A DNA stretch of 64,000 nt from the NCBI GenBank assembly GCA_030141605.1, contig JAQGDQ010000026.1, positions 62,001 to 126,000 on the forward strand, in the 5' to 3' direction. Below the pieces are notes generated by a model, which worked only from the letters and a program-made list of their open reading frames with translations, made no database searches and had not been told where the DNA came from. Both the position numbers and the translations under genes were made by a program. The stretch is from Tubiluchus corallicola (taxonomy: Eukaryota; Animalia; Priapulida). Shown piece after piece: positions 12,249 through 25,825 of the stretch (position 1 is the stretch's first letter; every line of letters starts with the position of its first letter).

Positions 12249-12690
12249 ATGTCGCTATCTAGGTCGCACATCGTTTCTAGAAATAGAGAAATTGTATTGA
12301 AATTATACATTGGTTTGGTTAAACCTCAACTAGAATACTGTGTGCAACTTTTGAATCCCCATTGGCAGAAAGATATATTGCTTGTGGAAGGTGTGCAAAA
12401 GCATGCTACAAGAATAATATTAAACTGTAAAAATCTGACATATTTGGAAAGATTAAAATATCGCAGCTTGACCACGCTTGAATTAAGAAGACACTGTGGA
12501 GATCTTATTGAAGTTTATAAAATATTAACTAGAAAAGAAAACATTTTGCCGGAAAATTTCTTTAATTTAGTTGTTGATTATAAAAGTAGAGGACATAGTT
12601 TAAAACTGTTTGAAGAGCGGTTACGTCTTGACATTCATATAATATTTATTTTTCGTGAGAGTTGTGAATGAATGGAATAACCTGCCTGCC
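12249..12690 (+). mobile_element. CR1-clade LINE ORF2 3' fragment (C-terminal to the RT domain)
   Basis: LYIGLVKPQLEYCVQLLNPHWQKDILLVEGVQKHATRII...YLERLK...TLELRR.GDLIEVYKIL...RGHSLKL, then RVVNEWNNLP after a frameshift: hallmark CR1 ORF2 C-terminal motifs. Confidence 0.88.
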
Positions 12691-13558
12691 ATCCTTAATC
12701 GTCAATTGTTTTGCGGGAAAATATGGGGTTTTATGAGTGTACTCACTTAATCCAGAATTATGACAGTATGACATGATCTTTGTGAGACCGCTTTTTATTA
12801 ATGATTTGAAAATTTCCTCGAAAATCTTTAAAATTGAATTCGAATTCAATTCGGATTCGAAATCTCGAAAATTGTGCATTCATTTTGACTCGAATTCGCT
12901 TTCTGGCAGAAAGGCAGAGAATGCGCTTTCTGGCAGAAAGGCACCCCTCCCAAAAGTTGTATGCTAGTTGTGTAATGCATGTTTAATAAACCAACACCCT
13001 TGCTTTAAAGTTGAATGATATGTACAATAATGAATTACTGGCAAAGGCAAGAATTGGAAGGCCTTTCTGTTTAGATGGGGATGGTTCAATAGGATAGAAT
13101 TTGCGGATGTGTCACAAAGTTAGAAACCTTGGAACATTGGTATGTTGCATTTTTTATGAAATGAAAAAGGAATGGTTGTTTGGAAGGATGATTCAGATGA
13201 AGAGTGTGCAAGTTAGTTGTTGTTTCAAAATATTGATCGTGACAAAAAGTTTCTTAACGACGTAATTAAAAGACGACGAGATTGGAGTGAAGAGTAGGTT
13301 TAAATTTTTTATTTTATTTCCTTTTTCAACCGATTGGCGGCTTTGACTGCTGAGTGTGTGTGTCGTCCATAATGTCGATCAATAAAACGAATTGAGTAGC
13401 TCCCTCCGTCGTGTTGGCAAACTCGTCATAGTTTTTGCTTTTTATTTAGAATAATTTTGTAATGTTATTAGCTTTGATCAAAGCCATTAAATTGTTTTAA
13501 GTGGTCAGAAAAGTTTAGATTTAATATTTGTTTCACATATTCACTGTATTAGTTTGTT

Positions 13559-16500
13559 ATGGCAAACAAGGGGCCAGCTTACGGTTTAAGCAGGGAGTGT
13601 CAACTCAAGGTAATGTGATAAATTAATAAAATTAATGTTGCTCACATGAAGTGTGAGCAAAGCGGTTGTTTCACATCGGTGGTCTCCCGCGTGGGAGGCA
13701 CTTGTTTAGAAAGAGCTACGCAGAGTATCACTGTAAACAGAAAATATTTCATCAGTTTAAGTACATTTATATCCGTTCTAACCTAGGTTGAGAAATACTC
13801 GCTAATAGTAATACTAGAACACACCTTGTAACAACACACCTATCAAGTCTTACGTTTAATGTGAGATTATCAATTCATGCTCTCACACATTATCGTGGTA
13901 AACTCGCGCTTTTTCAACTTCTGCGGGGAAATTACGAAAAAATTGGCTTTCTAACCTTATTAACATGCAATGTTCTCGTTTATTTTCATTACCTTCAGGT
14001 GTTACAGTGTTTAACTTGCTATAGTGCAATAAAACAAAATTTAAAACCACAACTCTCATAAAACCATTTATTCCCCTTATCACCAAGAGATATTTTACTG
14101 ATTAACGATATTTTGTAGGACGATTGATAGAACAACGATGAAGATGATGCGATTTTAGCCACAGATTTAGATATACCCACCCTAGGCAGGGGCAGATATA
14201 TTTAAACCTAGGTCTTTTTATATCGTAGTCTGCTGTTGATTGGTGTATTTTCTTTTATTAACTTTCAATGAATCAAGTCTTGCGTGCCGTGAAACGATAG
14301 CGCCGCAGTCTGTTTAGTAAGCCAATGCTGAATTATTGAAGCATGTCAACAAGGAAAAATAATTAAATTAACAATTAAAGAACAAGATGTAAGTTAGAAA
14401 ATTTCATTTTCATAACACGAAATTTTACTAAATTATCACTAAATTACTGAGATTTAGAGGTAAGAATTCCCTGACGTTGCCTTGTCGGTTCCTAGCCCCC
14501 ACTGCACTCCCAAGCCCCCTAGCTGTTTTGTCTGTGGTTTCACTCATTGGTACTTCTGCAATGTGACAGCTATGGTAACAAATACTAATTATTACTGAGC
14601 ATACCCAAGGGCTGAATTTTCAATGTTCCCAGTAAAGGAACAATAATTAGAGGAGTCTTATTATATCTTTTTTACAATGCCTTTGCAATTCATTTCTTGC
14701 TGTATTATGAAATTTGTAGATCGGACACTAGATATGTGTTACAAAAATTTTCCCAAATAAAGGGTAGTCTTACAGCAACATTTGCAAAGTTAATATTTGA
14801 ATAAATTAAGCTAACCATGAGTCATTGTAGTATTGTTCGTGAAATTAGTAAACAGTCAAGAATTTGTTTGAGCTTTGACTTGTAGACCTTGATCTGCTAA
14901 CCATCTTCAAATCTGTTCTAAACATGTACTTAATAGCTGAAATTAAAATATCTGCTCTCAAAGTAGATAAGCACAACAAATTGTCTGTGTCAAAGCTGAA
15001 GTAGAAATTCTTAGTCAGTCTTCATACTGACCATTTTTCATCCAAGGGCTAGAAAAGGATAGACTTTGTCTTTTTTGTATATACGTAAGCAACTAAAAAC
15101 ACGTCTTTTGGAAAGTACACAGTTAAAAATTTATTGCTTGATATTTGTTTTTGTGTCAAAAAATATTTTTCATTCAGTCATGATATTAAAAGATGTTTGA
15201 AAGACATTGTAAATTAAACACAAGTAGTATTTTGCAAGCAAAAAAATAAAAATTACAAGACATTATGTAAAATAATATTCAAGTCTTTCTTATAGTGCTA
15301 CTAACACGGACTGACTAAGGTAAAAATCATTTTAAACAAATATATAAGGTTCACGAGAGATATTTATGTAAAGAATAAAGCATATCTTGTTGTGGTAGAA
15401 TCCTGGGTGTAACGATACGCGATACGTATTAATAATAACATCGTGATACGATATGTATCACAATGCACTTGGGTAAATGTTTGCAGGCTTTTTTATAAAA
15501 AAAAATATTAAGCTGTTGAAAATAAATCCTAAAAAATATTTATCGTTCAACAATTATTGGATTACTAAAATAACTCGACAAACTGTTTGATTTTTGTTGA
15601 TGACATATGTTTTGTTTGCATCATAAGCCACCAGAAAAGCAAAACGTTTTAGTAGCTCAGCTTTAAAGATGCTCATACATTTTCTGGTACACTTTTGCCA
15701 CTTCTTAAGTTTGTATGCAAAATATAATTAGCTAGATACATTCTATTATAAACACATTGTGATTTCAACTGATTTGGTTAAATTGTACGCAAGTACAATA
15801 AATATGTAGCAGCAGGTTGAATTGTTGTGCATTGTTTGTAATAGTGTATTTGTAATATTACTGCTGAATTTCTCAAGTAATTGTTTTGTTACTATTACCA
15901 TTTATCATATATGTGTTACATATACATTGTACAGTGGTTTGTAGCAGAGTTATTACAAAATGAATTCTATTGAACGTACAATGTACACATATTGATGATT
16001 AAGTGTAGTTACTTAAATATTTGCAAAGCTACAAACTTCTGTGATCATTGCGCTTTACAGCAGTTTTAGTACATCTGTTTGTCTTTCTTTGGGATACGAC
16101 TTACACTTGCTTTGTTTACTTAATGTTAGGCAAAGGTAGTATCACTGATATATATGCTTTTGTGCATGTAAGATTAATTGGTTGGTCATCTAACCATTGA
16201 CCAGTACAGTGTTCTTTTGCACATTCTATTGCACTGTTATTAGTACTAGATTTTATAAATGTTTATTTTGTTTTATTTGAGTATCTCATGTATGCTTAGT
16301 GGAGTTAGATATATCTTGTGTGATTCCCAGACTATGGTTTTAATTCTAAAAAAACACAATTCTTGAACTTTGCTACAAGATACGTAACAATATTGAAAAT
16401 GCCATTCAAAATGTTGTTCAAAATGACCTATGAAAATAATTCATTTTAATTTGTGCTAAAGAATTATCTCCTCGTGAACCTGGTAATAAGGACGTTAAAT

Positions 16501-19500
16501 GGTCAGAGATCTTCTTTTCTCTGTCAAATTTCAGATTTGCGGGGTTTATATTTTTATGTCGATTTGATGCAGCAATCTGTCTTGCCATTTTCGCTTTTGC
16601 AAACATGCATAAAAGATTCATGCAGTTGGAAAATTGTACCAAACAGTCACATAATCACTGTTCAAGGACCATTAATTAAGTCACACTTTGGAAATTATTG
16701 CACTATATGTTAATAAACTTATTTTTATAGCACACTTGTTTTCATAAAAAATTCTGTTATTATAGACCAATGCCAAATTCGAGCTTAAACTAGCACTGGA
16801 GGCACTTCAATGGATAGAAGAGGTAACAGGCAGACCATTAGAACCACCTCGAGGAGAATTTAAAGATCAGTTTGATGTCCAAGACGTGTTAAAAGACGGA
16901 GTAGTATTATGCGAGTAAGTGGTAATTTTAGTTTCTGCATTGGAATGTAGGCAGTTTTCTTTAAATTGCTTGAAACAGCCTGTTACCTTATTTTTCACAA
17001 GAAATTGGACAATATTTTATTTATAATATTCAAGTCTGCTTAAGCCATATTTATAGTATCCAAGGAAATCTGAAGTATGAGCAGGGGTGTTCGCTACGAT
17101 CCCGAACTTTTTCCAAATTCAGAACCCCTAATAGTTTTTCGTCCAAGATTTTAGGCACCTAAATACCACATTAGACAAACACACAAATAATTTATATATT
17201 CTTAACTTCAAGATTACTTACTTCAAATGACTAATTAGTCTGACAGTTATTGAAATTTTGAAGCCATACTGACTGAAATGAAACATGAAAAGCTTAGAAC
17301 AACTGCTGTATATTGACAAAACCATTTGAATGTACGAATGGGTGAATCATGTCACAGTTATCAAAATATTAGCCGGGTGGAGCCAAAATTGTGAAATTTC
17401 ATTGCAATTCTCTTATCTTAGTTTGCTGATAATTATAATTATGATTGGAGGCTGGGTCCGTACCTGAAGCCTGATCCTGACCATTTATCCCAAATCCTGA
17501 AAAATCCTGGCCTTGAGCTCATTTAACACCCTGAAACCCTGATTCCGAACCACTGATCCCAATATGAGCCTCGATCCCGTCCCAAACCTCGAACAGCCTT
17601 AAGTATGAGTTAAGCATGAGATGACTTAGATGACTTCACAAAGTGTGACTATAGTGTATATAAACTTTCGAATCGTGATTTGATGTGAACAAGGATTATC
17701 AGTTAGCCAATACCATCCATTTGTTTATTAAGAGATTTTTGTTGTTGTGATTACCTAAATATATATTAGTTTCTCTAGTTATTTCAAGGCAAAAAAGATT
17801 CGTAGTTAGTAACTGAATGTTGCCTTGAGTGAGCTGTGTGAATCGGTAACTATTGTGCTGAACATACCAGTAGTGGGTTACTTGCATTTCACAGACATTT
17901 TCATACTTGTCGTAACTCATTATTAGTTATTCAGTAGTACTTTGATTATCTGAACAGTAATTATCCAAACAGTCAAATAGCCGCACCTGCTTTGTTTCTT
18001 CCTAATATATTATTAATACTTAATTTTAGATATTTCCACTCTATTTCTTTAAAGCAGGGATTTCACGAAGCTCTATCAGAACCTGAACTTCGAAACCAAA
18101 TCCAGATCGGAGCCTTTACTCGATTCAATTCGCTGAAATTCTGTGATACTTTTGATCTGACCCGATTCGGCAGAATTTGAAGATCCGATTTAAAAAAAAT
18201 TGATTTAGCTTCGGCTGGGAGGCAATTCGGTAGCACTTTATTGCAGAAGCAATTATGCACTCTTTTACCTTTGAATTTTGCAGCAAAATTACTTAAATTG
18301 CTGCCTTTTTATCCTACTTGACATAAGTTGATTTCACCATATTCAGCTTCAGCACATCTCCAGCTTGTGAAAAAAATAGTTAAAAACTAGAGATTCGGTT
18401 TCAAAAATTATTTTAAGTTGAGATTGTGATTTGATCCAAATGCAAAACTTATTTTAAACTGCAATTTTGGATTTGCTCTGGATTACAAAAAAGGAGATTC
18501 TGTTCAGATTTGATCCGGTAATTTCAGACTCATGACATAGTTTAAAGTTTTGGATTTTTTATGTTCAGATATAAAGTACGCACCATTTTTTAATGCTTGT
18601 TCTTTCTTGTTAAGAGTTGTCATGTTGTTTGGAATAGTTTACTGTTACCAAGTGTCGTCGACTGTTATTGAACTTGGTAGTGCACTGCAAAGGACCTTTA
18701 AGTCAAAGCCACATGCACATTGTATCTGAATCATCTAAAATATTACAACAGTAGCGAAAATGACATGTTGCAACATTTTTTTTAAGTATAAATGATAAAC
18801 AAAACACTCATGCAGTCTGCAGATTGGCATAATTTTATATCAAGTTTCTTTTGATTTTTCAGATTGATGAACACTTTATTTCCTAATACTATTAAGAAAG
18901 TTAATACGTCAAAACTCGCATTTAAACAGGTAAGTCTATATCTTTTTGCAGAAATAAAAAATATCCCATTTTACAATTTCTAATTGCATCATGCCACTGT
19001 GTTGATTTCTCTTATGTGAAAGCTTAGATTCTGCTATGATACTATGTTAAACAATTCATTTTAGTTCATATCATTGGGCATTTTACTGAATCTACATTGA
19101 CCGTTTAAAAAAAGAAACCCTGTATGGTGATAAATTTTCATATTTAATTAAATGCGAGCTGTTTTAGCAAATTAGAAATTAAAATTAAAATTTGGCTAAG
19201 CTTTGGGTCGTGTTTTGCATATTTTGTTAAAAAGCTAGCTAAGCTGTTGTGCCTTGTTTTTGGTATCAAATTTACTATGTCTAAACATCATGTTGTGATA
19301 TTGGGCATTATGAATTCACAGTACTACTTAATCTGTTACAGAGAGAAAATATTGAGATGTTTATAAAAGCCTGTCAATCACGTGGGATGAAAGATGTAGA
19401 TACCTTCCAAACTGATGATCTGTACGAGTGCAAATCTATGTACACGGTATGTTATCTTTAATTTATTTATTTATTCTTACCTAAACTATACGGAAACGTT

Positions 19501-20495
19501 TGGTACAAAAGTAACCATTTTGATAGATTTATTCCAATTAATATTTTTTCGCTCAAAAATTACATCCGTGAATTTTGTTTAAAAAGTAAATAATCAATTC
19601 AGTTTAGTTGGATGTTTGTATACTTAAAATGATTATGTCTGTAGGTGTGAAAAGGATTTAGGTGACTGAAAAAGAATATTTTATTTTATGGTGTGAAGAA
19701 TAGGTAAGTTTTCGTAGTGTGCACCAAGCAACCAGAGCTAAGCAATGCCTGGCCTGATTACTAAATAAATGGGTTCTCCCCAAGGACACTTTCAACTGCC
19801 TTACTGCCTCTGGCTACTTTTTCTTGTTGATGGAGAGTACATGAATGTGACTGAGATGCCACTTCCGATTAAGTGTCATCTTAAAGGATTGTCCTGGATA
19901 AATAGACTGTCTCATTTAGTGCTTGGCACTGCTTACAGTGTGCGGAACTATATAAAAATACAGAAATAGTTTTACTTTAAGATTAATAAACTTTTTTCTG
20001 AGAAATTCTCTATTTTATATTTTTATTTACTTGGAAAAATACTGTATTAAAGGTGATTAACTGTCTGCGGCATTTCCATTGCATGTTATTTATTTACAGG
20101 AATCTCTTCCTAATAAATGAATTTGTTTACCATTTTCCCACTTAGAAACACCATATGTTAAATATTTTGCCAACAGGTGGCACTGCTTTAACAAATGAAA
20201 GAACTGGAAATTCTACTTGTTCTGGTGATAGTGTTGGTGATGACAGTGGTGATCGTTATGCTTGCTTTTTACCTTTCTTTAGGTTGTGAATTGTATTCAT
20301 GCATTGGGTTCAGTGGCCAGAAAATCTGGATTTAATGGACCAACAATTGGAGTCAAGTACGCAGATCAAAATGTACGCAGCTTCACTGAGGAACAGATAG
20401 TAGCCGGGCGTCAGGTGACGTCACTTCAGTATGGTACAAACAAGGGAGCATCACAAGCTGGAATGACACCTTCGGGCATGACCCGACATATGTGA
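13559..20495 (+). CDS. Calponin-family myophilin/transgelin/MP20-like protein, 194 aa. Exons 13559-13609, 16766-16914, 18863-18929, 19342-19446, 20283-20495
   Basis: MANKGPAYGLSRECQLK-TNAKFELKLALEALQWIEEVTG...DVLKDGVVLCE-LMNTLFPNTIKKVNTSKLAFKQ-RENIEMFIKACQSRGMKDVDTFQTDDLYECKSMYT-VVNCIHALG...SLQYGTNKGASQAGMTPSGMTRHM. This is one CH domain plus one calponin (CLIK) repeat. All introns are GT-AG with consistent phases (585 nt total). Confidence 0.95.
17082..17601. mobile_element. hAT-type non-autonomous element
   Basis: Perfect 8-bp TSD agtatgag (17074-17081 and 17602-17609). TIRs caggggtgttcg / taaggctgttcg (9 of 12 match). Subterminal gatcc(c/t)ga repeats. Confidence 0.8.
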
Positions 20496-21896
20496 GAAAG
20501 TGGCACTTTTGCTTGATTTACGGTGCTTGATTTACTGAGCGCATTCCGCTAGAGAGTATTTTTCAATCATGTTGTAAACTTTCTGCGTTTAACATCATCT
20601 AGTTTTTTAGACACTTTTACATTACATTTCTAAATCACACATTCCGTAACCTTTTGATGCCATACTTTATGTAAAGCTCTATCTTATACCTATTTTTAGG
20701 CCTCATTGTTAATATACTTTTACTTAAATTTAGATAAGTTACCAAAACATTCCTAAAAAGTATTAGTATTAAAATGGTAATTGCCCAATGCGGCAAGCCT
20801 ATTAATATCTTTGTCTTTCAAAAAGTTGGTAATCGTTTGAAAAACCAAAACACAATTGGGGGCCTGATTATTTTTATTGTTCAAGTACAATTATGTTTGT
20901 TAGAAAAGTCAATAAGTTTTCGTGGCCTGTTTATATATGTTTTGTTATTTTAGTTGATGGAAACGTCTTCTTTCTAATCGTGGTACATTTAAAATTATTC
21001 TAATTAGACAATGTAGACTTGTTTAAGATCTCTTAGTTATGTATATAATGTTGATTGCCATAAAAAATGCAAAACAGGCCTGTTAGAAATCTAGTTTTTT
21101 AAAACAAACTTTTTACAAAAGCAGTTAATGAAGGAAATAAATCGATTGTCGTGTCGTACTGTCGTGCTATACGATTCAAATGCATTTTAAATTCAGTTTG
21201 TAGATGATCACTGAAATATTTTTCATGAGTGTACATCTGCATTGAATGAACCTCTTAAAAACTGCAAGGCCAATAAAAAAATTTATTGATTTTAAATCAT
21301 TGTCACAAGAATTTTCAAATGTTGATAGCCAGTACAATGGTTTCAAATTATTAGTTTATAGTCGTGCATGTGTCATCTCATAAACTTAGTCTTTGTCAAA
21401 TAAAAAGTGTTTCAGAGTGAAATTGGTTAACCAGAATTCATTGTGTGTCGCAACTCTTGAACTTCTCATTCTTGCTAATATGTAATCTTGTACTAATATT
21501 AATGACACTAGAATTAGTTACGTATTTGCTGTAATAACCTATTTTTGGCATTTTAAGTGCATAATCTTTTTGCTTTACTATGCTTGTTATCAATAATACT
21601 ATGTTTGATAATACTTCATTTCAGCAAACTATAGTTACTAATTGTTGAATTTTATATCTTGTTAACTTTTGATATAAAGGAATTTTATAGATCGTTTTAA
21701 AATGGTTGTGCCATGTTAATTGCAGTCTAGTGATTTTATATTCTGTTGATTATTAACTGCACAAACTTGTCATTTTATTTTAAATAATTGTAATTAACAG
21801 CACAGCACATGGATTAGTTAGGTTGATAATGTAATTAATTCTAGGTAGCTTTGCACATCGTCACCTTCCTGGGTGTCGCACTTGCACAGTATATAT

Positions 21897-22206
21897 TAGG
21901 GCTGGCCGTCTGTTGAGAAAAATCAGAATAAATCGAACTTGTAGAATTTTTATGCAGTGTATTTGAACAAAATACAAGTGAATCAATTTAAAATAGACTT
22001 TTGAATCTTGGTACACAAGGTCTACACGCAAATTAAAAACACGATGAGCATTAACTAGTAAAAAACTTTATTTGTATTAATTTTTTGTTTTGAAAAAGAG
22101 TGTTATTTTACCCGTCCCCATAAGCATAAAGCACATGGGAGTATTTTTTTATAATTAGAAAGTTCTGTGTAAACCTGAATTTGTTCAAAATCAATGGCCA
22201 GCCTTA
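21897..22206. mobile_element. hAT-type MITE
   Basis: TIRs tagggctggcc / taaggctggcc (reverse complement of the right end). Degenerate 8-bp flanks gtatatat / gtaggtaa. Confidence 0.65.
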
Positions 22207-23727
22207 GTAGGTAATATCCCACTTGACTTGGTGCCAAGGACTTCCAATGGGAATGTGTTTGATTTGATGCTTTATACTAGTGTACAGTTTATGTTCATGA
22301 ACTTTTTTGAAGCATTTATTTTTCTAGATTTTTTAATTTGGTTATAATTAGCTTATATTCTGGCCAGTACTAACTATTGTAAATGTAGAAATGGTGTAAA
22401 ATGTTTGCTACCATGATACCATTTCAATACCGCATGAGAAATTGAAGTTTTCATAGAAATAGTAATTAACCTTTATTATGCAATTTTCAATAATTAGTAA
22501 AATGGAAATTGAAAAGTTGTGATAACTTCTACAGATTTATTTACATAATGTTATAACAGTTTACGCAGTGTCAGGATCACTTCATTCACTTGTCAGTATA
22601 AACTGATGCAATAGTTCCAATAAACTTTTTTCTTTTTTTAAATGAATGCTTTTCACTAATTGTATGTTTTGCTAATCCTCTAAAAAATTGGCACCTTCAC
22701 ATTAGAGCCTAACTTTCTATTAATTATTGACTATTACGGAGTTGACATTCTTGTTGCAAACATATAACATACAATTTTTTTATCATCAGCACATGAAGAC
22801 ACATATGGTCAACACTTTAAGAGAACTTGTGCAGTGTTAATTTGATAAATGTCATGAACGAACGCAAAAAAATAATTTAAAGGAAAAAATGATAATGAAC
22901 ACGGGTGTAAGAAAATGGATGAGAGATTGATGAGAATGATATATGCATGATTTTCAAAATTGAGATGCTATCGAAGTGGGATTGGCATGCAAAAGTCAAG
23001 AATATGGCTAAGTTTATGAAAACGTGTAACTAGATGCAGGTATTTCTGTATATCACTAATTTTATAATTACTATATTATAATTTATATGTTTAGATATGA
23101 TTAGCCTGTGTAATTACATAGTAATATCAATATCTACGGATTCGACATTCTTGTTAACTAGCGCCACCTTTTCTAAGCTGTATGCCAAGCCGTTCACATA
23201 ACAGTGTAGTTTTAATTTGGCCAAGCTTTGAAGACCTTGCATTTGTGACTGAATGTTGGTGTCGCCGCAGGCCAATACAAAACGATTTGATGCGGTGAAA
23301 TGGATATTACTTCTGCCATGTAGCACAAAGAAGGAAATTATTATTAACAGATGACAAAAACAAAGTTGACAACAATGCTACAACCTGATGAAGCCGTATT
23401 ATGATGTATAGATTGACGCAATCTTACACGAATAGAGGAACATTTCCCGCTGAGCTGAGGAGCACACGTCTCTGATTGCACTGCTCATTATATCCTACTC
23501 TTGTACGCCTCCAGCCAACTGGCTCGAATCAAATCTAGCTACCTGCCCTATTCAACTGCGATTACCCAAAAGGGGGCTGCTATTACATATCCGGTGAGCT
23601 AAGCGATAATTATCCCGGTTTAATTTCTTCTTGCACAACCTTCACAGATGTCAACGCGCCATCAGCAGCAGGGTGCTGAGCAATTTTGCGGCGCGGCTCC
23701 AGGAAAACGACAGTTCAACATTACTTA

Positions 23728-23732
<5 letters not shown>

Positions 23733-23785
<53 letters not shown>
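23733..23785. repeat. (TA)n microsatellite
   Basis: Visible dinucleotide run; similar runs occur near 27910, 33670 and 62623. Confidence 0.9.
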
Positions 23786-24219
23786 CGCCATTCATTTCAA
23801 TGAGAAAGCACAAATCCCAGTGCGTAGTTTAGGATCTAAGTTACGTCGAAAAAACAAGATTGTTGTGAGGTTATCTTATTGTCACAGCCGTGGGACGACC
23901 CATTAAACTTGTTAAATGTTTAGGCCAAAAGTACTGTAAAATATTTTACTAGATAAAAATGCGTTGCTACAATATTTCAGTAACAACGGATGGATAAAAT
24001 TGGAAAATTTAAAAAAAAAACTGTTAGACACCTGCCTCTAACTTACAGTTTTAAGATCATGTTAATCGCTTTGCAGCTCACTCCAAAAAAGAGAGTAACA
24101 ACATTAAAAGAGGCGTCAATAACATCGCACAGGAAGCGGCAGAGGGCACGCGTATCTTTAAAAGACGCTTCAATTTCTTAGTTTTACAATATCACTTCTT
24201 AGTTTTGCAATATGGCTAT

Positions 24220-24760
24220 ACTCTAATCCCTCTTCTCTCTACCTGTTTTTATCACGGAGTTGATTTTTCGAGCATTAGCTTGGCGCCACGGCGAAATTGA
24301 ACGGGAGGGAGGAAACTACTAATCCGTTCTAAAAACCAGGTATCGCTCTTAATAATCTTAAGATGAGATGAGCAAAACCATGATAGGGGGCGTATAGTCT
24401 TTGCGCGGCATTACTTTAGCGTATAGGAGCAAGCCCTAACTATAGGAGTTACATGGATTAAATAGAGTATATTTATGTTTTCGCAATATCACTATATCAA
24501 ACATAATCAAATGATGGTTATCAATAAATTAGCAACGATTTGTCGGCTCACTGGCATAAAGCGTTGCTTCCTTCCAAAACGAGACAATTTGATCCGCGAA
24601 CACGTCAAGTGCCATCTTGAAACTGCAAGTTAATCGGCTAAGAGGGATTAGATTGAATAAAGCCAACTAACCGCTGCGTGCTGAAGTGCCGATTATCAGA
24701 TTTATCCAGGGTTAAACGCAGGGAGTTGTTCTATTGATTGCCGAGCAAAGAAATTTGAAA
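24220..24760. promoter_or_regulatory. Candidate upstream enhancer of Msxlx
   Basis: CpG-rich non-coding segment with four exact TAATCC/GGATTA sites (24224, 24320, 24455, 24645). Function is inferred only. Confidence 0.3.
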
Positions 24761-25500
24761 AAAGACTTCTAAAAACATTAATTAGCCATGTAACCGGGTA
24801 TTAAAGTGTCAGCCTGGAACACCGCAAAATACGATAAAAATTGGTGAAAATTACTCTAAATTTAAATTCTGGAAAAGTTGTAAATTGCACTTTGGATACT
24901 GAACGAATAAACAATCATGAGACATGAATTATGAAAAGGCAAAAATAATCTTTGTGGATGTAGTTCTAACATTTTTAAAATTAGATAATTTACCAATTCA
25001 CAGCTTCAACACGAATTATTCTCCTATTTTATGACTTCTTCTTAATACATTTAATTCATAACTTTAAAGCAAAAATTAACCTTCATGGAAGCGGATCTAA
25101 CAATTCTTTAATAAAATTTAAATTCCCAATTTATTTTTGGGGTTTCTCTTTTCATTTAATAATGAATCCTTGTTATCTCTTTATGAATCCTTCTCAACCA
25201 ACGGCTTTTTATGCAGCTGGACACAGCATAAACCGGTACTGGCTTTTAACGGCATAGTTTACTTACTATATTGAAGGTTGCGCCAGAGCTGGAATCTAGC
25301 TTATTATGAAATCTAATTCTCTAAGATGAAAGACCGAAGTGGCCAGGGTATCTCAGCCATATTCGGATAGATAGGTATATTTTTTCAACAAGAGAAAGAA
25401 CCAGAGTGCTGGCAGTTGGAGGCGATTATCTATCTATTTACAATTAAAGCAGACCTAGAGTTATATTCAACTTTGGTTATTAATCGCTCACTATAACCAT

Positions 25501-25825
25501 CAGGGCCGGATTATAACATTCTGGGGCTCCTCGCCTAATGAAATTATGGTGCCTCTCAGACGAATGCAAAGGCCCTTTACATCAAACAAGAGGCCAAAAA
25601 CAGGAGCCACTTTCTTTAAATTTGGGTTTTTAGACTTCTGGGCATCCGTTTTTAACGTTGAAATTTTATTTTAAGTTAAATGAAACATTCAGCAATGCAA
25701 AATATTAAAATATTATACTCATTTTTCAGAAAAAAATTATATTTGAAAATCTTTTAGCGGGTCCCCTCAAGTTTCAGGGGCCCTAGGCGGCGGCATATAT
25801 TAGCTTACATGGTAATGTGGCCCTG
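25501..25825. mobile_element. hAT-type MITE (CAGGGCC termini)
   Basis: TIRs cagggccggattat / cagggccacattac. Internal ggggccc(t) motifs. Decayed 8-bp TSD ataaccat / acgaccac. Confidence 0.7.

Noticed and set aside
24540-24600. tRNA or SINE-like A/B boxes
   Set aside because: Too degenerate, and no cloverleaf could be built.
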